From the NCBI GenBank assembly GCA_017510225.1, contig JAFWNS010000043.1, positions 1 to 62,144 of the forward strand: a stretch of 62,144 bases of DNA. The letters are read 5' to 3'. Origin of the DNA: Bacilli bacterium. Its GTDB lineage: Bacteria > Bacillota_I > Bacilli_A > RF39 > UBA660. Below, piece by piece: positions 19,533 to 27,047 of the stretch (positions are counted from its first letter, which is position 1; the number at the start of each line of letters is the position of its first letter). Both the position numbers and the translations under genes were made by a program. The notes beneath the pieces were generated by a model, which saw nothing but the letters and a program-made list of their open reading frames with translations, was not told the DNA's origin and made no database searches.

Positions 19533-19780
19533 ATTATCCTCCTTATAAATAAAAAATACCAGCTTCACCCTATAAAGGGACGAAACTAGTATCCGCGGTA
19601 CCACCCAAATTATTATAATTACTTATAATCACTTTACGATCTTTAACGGGATCACCGACTTAGTCTACTATATTTCTTTAAGTACTCAGAAGTGTTATTC
19701 AAAACTATATTGTACTAAATTCCACCAAACTTTAGCTCTCTATAACAAGGGATAGTTCCTACTTCTCTTCTTCATTGATT
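19533..19780 (-). promoter_or_regulatory. T-box riboswitch leader of the gatCAB-aspS operon, probable Asn (AAC) specifier
   Basis: The minus strand carries a Stem I 5' element AAUGAAGAAGAGAAGUAGG and AGAGAG...GGUGGAA distal motifs. The specifier context is GAAU-AAC-A-CUUC. The T-box sequence AAUUUGGGUGGUACCGCGG is present. A long terminator helix (4 bp, internal loop, 11 bp) is followed by UUUUUU. Confidence 0.8.
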
Positions 19781-19784
19781 TCTA

Positions 19785-20258
19785 CTATATTTTACTATTT
19801 TTCTTGCATTTTGTCAATTTCTTACCATCTTTTTCAAAACGAGAAAAGTCATACCATTCTTTCATAAAATCTAAATATTCTTGAACATGACTATCTACAG
19901 AACCTTTTTTTAATTTACGAGTTAATAAATCATCCATATTATCAATTACATTTTCTCTTAAAGCATCTTCTACTTCTTTTGGAAAAGGTCCAAATTCTTC
20001 TATAGGTAACATAGAATTTAAATTATCTTTTTTTCTTTTTCTTCTTTGTATTTTAATTCTATCTATTTTATCATATAATTCTTCTAAATCTTCATATTTA
20101 TTAACCTCTTCTTTAATTATTTTAGCATCTTCCTCAGAAAAATTATTTTCTAAAAATAAGTCTGCTCTTACAGCACCATAACTAATTAAAACTAAATACA
20201 TTTGTACCCAATCTAATTTCTTATTAGAAAGATATTTTATTAAACTTACTTCAACCAT
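19785..20258 (-). CDS. Hypothetical protein
   Basis: 157-aa ORF with a K/E-rich sequence. No family recognised. Confidence 0.45.
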   Translation of the reverse strand: MVEVSLIKYLSNKKLDWVQMYLVLISYGAVRADLFLENNFSEEDAKIIKEEVNKYEDLEELYDKIDRIKIQRRKRKKDNLNSMLPIEEFGPFPKEVEDALRENVIDNMDDLLTRKLKKGSVDSHVQEYLDFMKEWYDFSRFEKDGKKLTKCKKNSKI

Positions 20259-20305
20259 TTTACCACCCTACTATTCTATATATATTATCAACCTATTATA
20301 TTATT

Positions 20306-21301
20306 CTATTCATTAGGTTTTTTTATCTTTACTTTTTCTCTTTTCTTACTAACTGGAAAATTATTAATATCATAATTGTTTACTTTTAGTGCAGTTACTA
20401 AGTAGCTATAAAATTCATCTTTATTATCATTATTAATAATTTCTTTAGATAATTCATATAATCTTAAATCATAACAATTACTATTTTCAAAAAATGATTC
20501 TGCATTATATTCTATATTTTCATAATTATGTATATTATCTTTCTTAGGCATTATTTTATATTCTTTTTTACCTAAATAATCATAGCAAAAATTCTCTAGT
20601 GCTGTTTTTATACATATAGCAAAATTACCAGTATAAGAACTTGGATATCTAGTATTAATCTCTTCTTTAGAATAACCTAACCAATTATTAAAATTCATTG
20701 CAATTACTGAAGGTTTATGACATCTTCTTATTAATTGTTTATTTTCTAAAGAAAACTCTTCTAATGACTTATATACATCATTAAAATTATTATCATCAAC
20801 ATAAATAGTAATTGCATCTTTTCTATGTTGCTTATCTTGTCTATATTTCGCATCTAATACTTTAAATGAAAAATTAGTATTATTCTCTTTAAACTTATCA
20901 TATAGCTTTGTTGAAAACTCATATAAATCTTCTCTTAATGGAGAAATATACAATCTATGTTTTATATTATTAATATTAAACTCTTTATCATTATTTATAC
21001 CATCTACACGTATCCATTTATTATTTAGTGTTACTACATATGGATGCTTTTTCATATCTTGTTTTAACTTATCTAAATAATTATTTCTTTTTCTTAATTC
21101 ATCTTTTGTTTTAGAATCAATTTCTGTATTAAGTAATTTAAATATAAATCCACCTAATCCATTATCTGTAATATACTCATTAATAGTTTTATTATCTTTG
21201 AAGATTCTTTTTGGATTATTATATAAATCTAAAATTAAATTAAAAACATTTTCATCAAATAAATAATTGGCATCTTCTATATTACTTAAATAATCATTCA
21301 T
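20306..21301 (-). CDS. Hypothetical protein (faint resemblance to HopA1 / class III lanthipeptide lyase-like domain)
   Basis: 331-aa ORF. The segment HRLYISP...FSFKVLD...R.DAITIYVD resembles the RLY...K....R.D..v.Y pattern of HopA1-type domains. This is not verified. Confidence 0.4.
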   Translation of the reverse strand: MNDYLSNIEDANYLFDENVFNLILDLYNNPKRIFKDNKTINEYITDNGLGGFIFKLLNTEIDSKTKDELRKRNNYLDKLKQDMKKHPYVVTLNNKWIRVDGINNDKEFNINNIKHRLYISPLREDLYEFSTKLYDKFKENNTNFSFKVLDAKYRQDKQHRKDAITIYVDDNNFNDVYKSLEEFSLENKQLIRRCHKPSVIAMNFNNWLGYSKEEINTRYPSSYTGNFAICIKTALENFCYDYLGKKEYKIMPKKDNIHNYENIEYNAESFFENSNCYDLRLYELSKEIINNDNKDEFYSYLVTALKVNNYDINNFPVSKKREKVKIKKPNE

Positions 21302-21346
21302 AATAATCCTCCCCTCAAAAATCGTTATATATTATAACATATATGT

Positions 21347-21727
21347 CTATTTATGTAAATCATAATTCCATAAACCTAGTTTACCTTTAACATAAATAGG
21401 TTCTTTATATTTCTTAATATTAGCTAATTTCCAAGCATATATTCCAATATGATTAGACCCATATATTAGTTTATCTTCTTTTATTAATTTTTTATTAAAA
21501 TCTTCATCTACTAATATACAATCTACTATTTCTGCTTCTCCTATAATAGCCCCATATATATAATTAAGATTATAATTAGTAAATTTATTTATATTTTTAT
21601 CTTTAGATAAACCTGCATGTATTAATATTTTTCCTCTATAATTAGTTTCCCAACTTCTAAATTCAAACTTTTTATAACCTTCTATTATTAAAGAAGCATA
21701 CGGTTGTTTTATAGTTAATACTTTCAT
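21347..21727 (-). CDS. ASCH domain protein
   Basis: The N-terminus LTIKQPYASLII.G.K..E.RSW...YRG..LIHA is typical of ASCH/PUA-like domains. Confidence 0.7.
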   Translation of the reverse strand: MKVLTIKQPYASLIIEGYKKFEFRSWETNYRGKILIHAGLSKDKNINKFTNYNLNYIYGAIIGEAEIVDCILVDEDFNKKLIKEDKLIYGSNHIGIYAWKLANIKKYKEPIYVKGKLGLWNYDLHK

Positions 21728-21806
21728 ATAATCACCTAATAAAATTATATCATAATTGTTTTAAATATTAGTTATTTATGATAAAATTAATACAGGAAGT
21801 GATAAT

Positions 21807-22808
21807 ATGAAAAAAACTATATTAACAGGATTACGTCCTACTGGTAATTTACATTTAGGACATTACTTTGGTGCAGGACAAAATTATTTAAAATTACAAG
21901 ATGATTATGATTTCTATTTAGAGATTGCTGATGTCCAAGGATTAACTGATAATTTTAATGATCCTGAAAAAGTTAGAATTAATACTAAAGAAATAGCAAT
22001 GGATTTATTAGCTATTGGAATTGATCCTGAAAAAGTTAATTTATTTGTACAATCTACTATACCAGAAATTGCAGAGCTTACAGTATTCTATTCCAATTTA
22101 GTAACAGTATCAAGATTACAAAGAAATCCTACTGTTAAATCAGAAATAGAACAAAAGAAAGAGTTATTTGGTAATAGTGGCGAAAGTATAACTTATGGAT
22201 TTTTAGGTTATCCTGTTTCACAAGCTGCAGATATTACATGTTTTGATGGCGAATTAGTTCCAGTTGGAGATGATCAATTACCTCTTTTAGAGCAATGCCG
22301 TGAAATAGTTAGAAAATTTAATAATATATATGGTGAAACTTTAAAAGAACCAGAACCAGTACTTAGTAAGACTACTAGAGTTAAAGGATTAGATGGTAGT
22401 GAAAAAATGGGTAAAAGTTTAGGTAACGCTATTTTCTTAGTAGATGATGAAGATACTATTAGAAAAAAAATTATGGGTGCAGTTACTGATCCTAAAAAGA
22501 TTAAAAAAGATGATCCTGCTGATCCTACAGTATGTATGGTATATTATTATCACAAACTTATTAATAATCCTAATTTAGATACTATATGTAATGAATGTAA
22601 AAAAGGAGAACGTGGTTGTGTAGCTTGTAAAAAAGAACTTATTGAAAAAATGAATAAATTCTTAAAACCTATTAAAGAGCGAAGAAAAAAATATGAAGAT
22701 AATCCAGAACTTGTAGATAAAGTACTAAGTGAGGGAAATAAAAAAGCTAAGGAAAAAGCTGAAGAAACTATTAAAAAAGTTAAGAAAGCAATGAAAATAG
22801 ACTATTAA
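21807..22808 (+). CDS. trpS: Tryptophan--tRNA ligase
   Basis: Class I motifs: HIGH-type (GNLHLGHY) and KMSKS-type (KMGKS), plus the TrpRS-typical GLRPTG N-terminus. Confidence 0.95.
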   Translation: MKKTILTGLRPTGNLHLGHYFGAGQNYLKLQDDYDFYLEIADVQGLTDNFNDPEKVRINTKEIAMDLLAIGIDPEKVNLFVQSTIPEIAELTVFYSNLVTVSRLQRNPTVKSEIEQKKELFGNSGESITYGFLGYPVSQAADITCFDGELVPVGDDQLPLLEQCREIVRKFNNIYGETLKEPEPVLSKTTRVKGLDGSEKMGKSLGNAIFLVDDEDTIRKKIMGAVTDPKKIKKDDPADPTVCMVYYYHKLINNPNLDTICNECKKGERGCVACKKELIEKMNKFLKPIKERRKKYEDNPELVDKVLSEGNKKAKEKAEETIKKVKKAMKIDY

Positions 22809-22826
22809 ATAGTCTATTTTTTTTGA
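22795..22826 (+). terminator. Intrinsic terminator after trpS (stem also usable by the convergent gene)
   Basis: Stem AAATAGACT/AGTCTATTT with a 7-nt loop, spanning the trpS stop. A run of T follows. Confidence 0.6.
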
Positions 22827-23458
22827 TAACTTAATCTAACTATATTATATAAATTATTATATTTATAATTATAATTATTTTTAATATCTTCTATTATTCT
22901 TTTATATTTATTTTCTATCTTTTTATTGTCCTTACCAAATACTTCTTCATATAAATAATTAAACTTATCATAATACTTATCTTTATATATACTTTCTATT
23001 TCTTTTAATAAATATCTTCTCTTAAATACTTCTTTTCTTGTTAAAAAAATATTTTTATCCACATTATCTAATACTTTATAACTAAAATCATAATCTTCAA
23101 ATAAAGATACCTCATCTAATATATCTTCTTCTTCATCTAATAATAAACTACTTCTACATATAACACTACCATCATCACTAAATTCTACCCCTACTACTTT
23201 ATTCATATCACAAAACAAAGTACCATATTTTATATTACTGGTCTTTTTATAACCAATAGTTTGATTTTTTATTTTATTTAAAAACATCTTACTAACTTTT
23301 ATATTACTATTTATAATATTGTTCATATCAATAGAGGATATTTTAAATAATGGTATTTTCTTTATATGTTCTAACCCATCTTTACTATCCCATTCATAAA
23401 ATTCTATTAATCTATCATCATCAATGAAGTTTAATAGTAAATCATATATATAAATCAT
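22814..23458 (-). CDS. Hypothetical protein
   Basis: 214-aa ORF translationally coupled (4-nt overlap) to the upstream small membrane protein. No family recognised. Confidence 0.45.
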   Translation of the reverse strand: MIYIYDLLLNFIDDDRLIEFYEWDSKDGLEHIKKIPLFKISSIDMNNIINSNIKVSKMFLNKIKNQTIGYKKTSNIKYGTLFCDMNKVVGVEFSDDGSVICRSSLLLDEEEDILDEVSLFEDYDFSYKVLDNVDKNIFLTRKEVFKRRYLLKEIESIYKDKYYDKFNYLYEEVFGKDNKKIENKYKRIIEDIKNNYNYKYNNLYNIVRLSYQKK

Positions 23459-23661
23459 TTATTTATCCCCTTTCTATATTTAAAATAATTAAACATTATA
23501 AAACCAATTATAAAAAAATAACACTCATACCTAGTAAATAAAAAACAAATATAATTTTTTAAACTAACACCAAAACTAAATAAATTTAAATATAATATAA
23601 AATAACTAAAACCAATAATCATAAGTATATAACCAATTATAATACCTAGTATTCTATTCAT
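23455..23661 (-). CDS. Small membrane protein (two predicted TM helices)
   Basis: 68-aa hydrophobic ORF with a 4-nt overlap onto the next gene. Confidence 0.4.
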   Translation of the reverse strand: MNRILGIIIGYILMIIGFSYFILYLNLFSFGVSLKNYICFLFTRYECYFFIIGFIMFNYFKYRKGINK

Positions 23662-23731
23662 ATTAAAGTTTATGATACTTCTTTTTTTAGTATACTTTTA
23701 TTTATTTTTTATATACAAAAAAATAGTAAAA

Positions 23732-24805
23732 TTATTTACTATTTTTATTTTCTAATTTATTAACTTCTACTTTATTAATAGTATCAAATTTCTTAGTAAT
23801 CTTATCTGTAGTAATAGATACATTTTCGATATCTTTATTAACAGTTTGAATACTTCTAGATAATTTATCCCAACGTTCTTTATATCTAGAAAATTCTATT
23901 CCAAGTTTATTTAATTCTTCATGAATAATAGATGTATATTTATCTCTTTCCATATTCTTAATAATCATTTCTACTACAGTAAGTGTTGAGATTAGAGTTG
24001 TTGGTGAAGTTATCCAAACACGTTTTTTATAAGCATATTCTATAATATCAGAGTGATATGCATTAATTTCTGCAAAGATTGCTTCTGCTGGTAAAAATAG
24101 AATAGCTTGATCTGTAGTTTCTCCTGGAATTATATACTTATTACTAATAGCATCTATATGTTTCTTCATATCTTGTTTAAATAATTTTTCTGCTGCAGTC
24201 CTTTTATCATTAGATAAATTCTTATCCACCATAATTTGATAGTTTTCCAGTGGAAATTTAGAATCAATTGCGATAGTTCCTAAAGGTTCTGGTGCAAATA
24301 CTACTGAATCTGCAATTACCCCAGTACTTAAAGTATATTGCAATTTATATACCTTATCATTCTTCTCACCAAATACATTAACTAAAATATGTTTTAAATT
24401 AACTTCTCCAAAGATACCTCTAGTTTTCTTATCAGTTAGAATACTTTGCAGACTAACAATATCAGTAGATAGATTCTCTATTTTCTTTTGAGCTTCATCT
24501 ATTTTAGATAATCTTTCTATAACATTCATAAAAGTCTTGTTAGTCTTTTCAAAGTTTTGATCTAATCTTTCATTAACTTTCTCATTAATAGCTAATAATC
24601 TCTTTTCTACTTGATCATTTAACTTATTAAAATCACTATTTAAGTTATTATTTAAATTATCTTTAAATTCACCTAACTCTTTTATCATATTAACTTCAAG
24701 TCTTCCAAGCCTTTCAGTAATTCTAGCTTCATTAATATTTTTAAATAATGAAATAATTGCTAAAACAATTAAAATAATTAATAATCCTATAATAATATAA
24801 TCCAT
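23732..24805 (-). CDS. rmuC: DNA recombination protein RmuC
   Basis: N-terminal TM helix, a long coiled-coil, and a C-terminal RmuC nuclease-like region (AIDSKFPLE..., ILFLPAEAIFAEI). Confidence 0.8.
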   Translation of the reverse strand: MDYIIIGLLIILIVLAIISLFKNINEARITERLGRLEVNMIKELGEFKDNLNNNLNSDFNKLNDQVEKRLLAINEKVNERLDQNFEKTNKTFMNVIERLSKIDEAQKKIENLSTDIVSLQSILTDKKTRGIFGEVNLKHILVNVFGEKNDKVYKLQYTLSTGVIADSVVFAPEPLGTIAIDSKFPLENYQIMVDKNLSNDKRTAAEKLFKQDMKKHIDAISNKYIIPGETTDQAILFLPAEAIFAEINAYHSDIIEYAYKKRVWITSPTTLISTLTVVEMIIKNMERDKYTSIIHEELNKLGIEFSRYKERWDKLSRSIQTVNKDIENVSITTDKITKKFDTINKVEVNKLENKNSK

Positions 24806-24815
24806 ATAAACACCT

Positions 24816-25403
24816 CTAATCTATATTAAATCTTTTACTAACAATTTTAGATATAATATAAGCTGCTACTAACATAATACAAACAATAATAATTGTCATA
24901 ATATCAGTCATACTTTCTATTATACTTTTACCTACATAACCCCAAAATATTACCATAAATATCTTTCCAATTAGTATAGATGCGATAAACTTTCTTTTAG
25001 AAACTTCTGCTACACCACATATAATATTAATTAAAAAAGCTGGTGTAAATGGTAAAGCAACTAATAATACTAATCCCGAGAAGGATATATTTTTTATTTT
25101 CTTTACCCCTCTTTTAACCTTCTTTTTATACTTACCCTTAAATATACGATATAAATATTTATCAGATAAATAATAGAATAACAAATATGATAAGAAACAT
25201 CCTGTACATGTTGCTACCCAAGATACAGATATTCCTACTACAGGTCCAAAAGCATTAGTATTTAATGCCACAAATACAGCTAATGGTAAAACAGGAATAA
25301 ATGATTCTATTAATACTAATAAGAAACCAAATAAAATACCACCTGATGAAATAAAATTAGTAGAAAATTCTACAAATGAATTTATTATATCCATAAGTAT
25401 CAC
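24816..25403 (-). CDS. TVP38/TMEM64 (DedA-related, SNARE-associated) family membrane protein
   Basis: Polytopic membrane protein of about 190 aa with the family-typical layout (FPFTPAFLIN..CG). Confidence 0.6.
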   Translation of the reverse strand: MILMDIINSFVEFSTNFISSGGILFGFLLVLIESFIPVLPLAVFVALNTNAFGPVVGISVSWVATCTGCFLSYLLFYYLSDKYLYRIFKGKYKKKVKRGVKKIKNISFSGLVLLVALPFTPAFLINIICGVAEVSKRKFIASILIGKIFMVIFWGYVGKSIIESMTDIMTIIIVCIMLVAAYIISKIVSKRFNID

Positions 25404-25427
25404 CTTATAACTAATTATATTACATAT

Positions 25428-25697
25428 TTATTTTATTAACAAGTAATAGTTATAACCACCTACAACATTTTTAGTATTATATCCTAAATAATTTAATTCT
25501 TTAGAAACTTTATTACTCATAACCCCACTATCACAATATAGATAATATGTTTTATTTTTATCCAAATACTTACTAGGATTATTAATTAAATAATTACTAG
25601 GAATATTAATAGCTCTTGGAATATGAGATTTATTAAATTTATATTCATCTCTAATATCTATTAAATTTATATTACTCATTTTTAATAACTCTTCCAT
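25428..25697 (-). CDS. Rhodanese-like domain protein
   Basis: LIDIRDEYKFNKSHIPRAINIP and the active-site loop YLYCDSGVMS. Confidence 0.75.
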   Translation of the reverse strand: MEELLKMSNINLIDIRDEYKFNKSHIPRAINIPSNYLINNPSKYLDKNKTYYLYCDSGVMSNKVSKELNYLGYNTKNVVGGYNYYLLIK

Positions 25698-25724
25698 ACT
25701 TATACACCCCCAATATAAAATATG

Positions 25725-25755
25725 AAAAAAAAAGAATCTAAATAATTATAGATTC
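25725..25755 (-). terminator. Strong intrinsic terminator closing the T4SS/Tad cluster
   Basis: Stem GAATCTA/TAGATTC with an 8-nt loop, directly after the stop codon at 25756. Nine U follow on the minus strand. Confidence 0.65.
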
Positions 25756-27033
25756 CTATCTTACTATATAAGGTTTTGACTTAGTACCTTTTCCACCTTT
25801 AACCATAGTATCACTAGATAGCATGATTACAGGTCTAATATCAGAATATGTCATTGCTTCTGTAGTAGAAATTTCACCAGTATTACTAATATAGAATATT
25901 TCTGAATCATTGTTTTTAGATGCAGTAACTAAAACCCATTCATAATCAGTTGCTAAATAATTATAGTTTTGACATGATGGATCATTATCTTTAGTACATT
26001 TTGGATCTAAACTAGCAAACATATAATCAGAAACTGTAAGTAATCCCATTTTTTGATCAGATAAGACTTCCCCACATTCAATAGAATTATCTTTAACAGT
26101 ACTTCCTACTTTTCTCTTAGCAATACATAAATCAAAGTTAACCATCTTTGCTTTATCATCTGTTGATAAAATCTTTGTATCTTTATCTTTATCTCTATAT
26201 GTTTTCTTTAAAAATTCACGTATTCTACTAGCTTTATAATCATTAATACCAGAATTATATCCTTCTGTAGTATTAAATCTATCATCCCATACTGAAGAAT
26301 TCTCATATACACTATTTAAAACTAACATTACTTCATTATTTCCACTAATCTTAACAACTCTCCAAGTTTTTTTATTCATTTTAACATAGTTTTTAACTTT
26401 TTCTCCTCGGAATATATATCCATTATTAACACTATATAAACCTTCTCCACTAGTAACTATCTTTTTCTTTAAAGCTTTATGTAATTCAGTACTATTATAT
26501 TCAGAACCACAATTTAAGTATGGAGTATAAGCATACTTACCATCTACTTTTTTAACAGTAACTCTACCAGAACAACTAGTATCTTCTCCTAAGTATTCAC
26601 TCATCTCATCCATATACTCATTTTTAATTAACGTAGAATCAGTGATTGCAACCACTTGTTTTCCTTTTGGTAAACTTTTTTTATGATCTGCAAAATACTC
26701 TTTAGCAGCATCCTTCATTATATCTTCAACATCTTCATATGTATAAGAAGGCTTACTAAATATAGATGCAATTCCCATAAACAATCCGATAACTAGAAAT
26801 AATCCTAAAATTATACCCATAATAAGAATTAATCTTTTTTTAAGATCATTTCCGCCTCCACTAAAACTACTTGGTAATGAAAAACCAGTTTTTTCAGAAG
26901 ACTCATCTTCCATTATATCGTCATCTTCAAGTTTTATATCTTCGTCTTCATCTGTAAGTTCTTCTACAACTTCTTTTTCATCAGTAGTATTATCTTCTGT
27001 TATTTCTTTTTCAATATTATCATTTTCATCCAT
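25756..27033 (-). CDS. Membrane-anchored surface protein, paralogue of the 47204-49018 product
   Basis: Acidic N-terminus, one TM helix, then an ectodomain. It shares SCSGRVTVKKVDGKYAYTPYLNCG and a C-terminal RPVIMLS...GGKGTKSKPYIV motif with the 604-aa protein at the other end of the cluster. Confidence 0.6.
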   Translation of the reverse strand: MDENDNIEKEITEDNTTDEKEVVEELTDEDEDIKLEDDDIMEDESSEKTGFSLPSSFSGGGNDLKKRLILIMGIILGLFLVIGLFMGIASIFSKPSYTYEDVEDIMKDAAKEYFADHKKSLPKGKQVVAITDSTLIKNEYMDEMSEYLGEDTSCSGRVTVKKVDGKYAYTPYLNCGSEYNSTELHKALKKKIVTSGEGLYSVNNGYIFRGEKVKNYVKMNKKTWRVVKISGNNEVMLVLNSVYENSSVWDDRFNTTEGYNSGINDYKASRIREFLKKTYRDKDKDTKILSTDDKAKMVNFDLCIAKRKVGSTVKDNSIECGEVLSDQKMGLLTVSDYMFASLDPKCTKDNDPSCQNYNYLATDYEWVLVTASKNNDSEIFYISNTGEISTTEAMTYSDIRPVIMLSSDTMVKGGKGTKSKPYIVR

Positions 27034-27047
27034 AATAATACCTCCTA

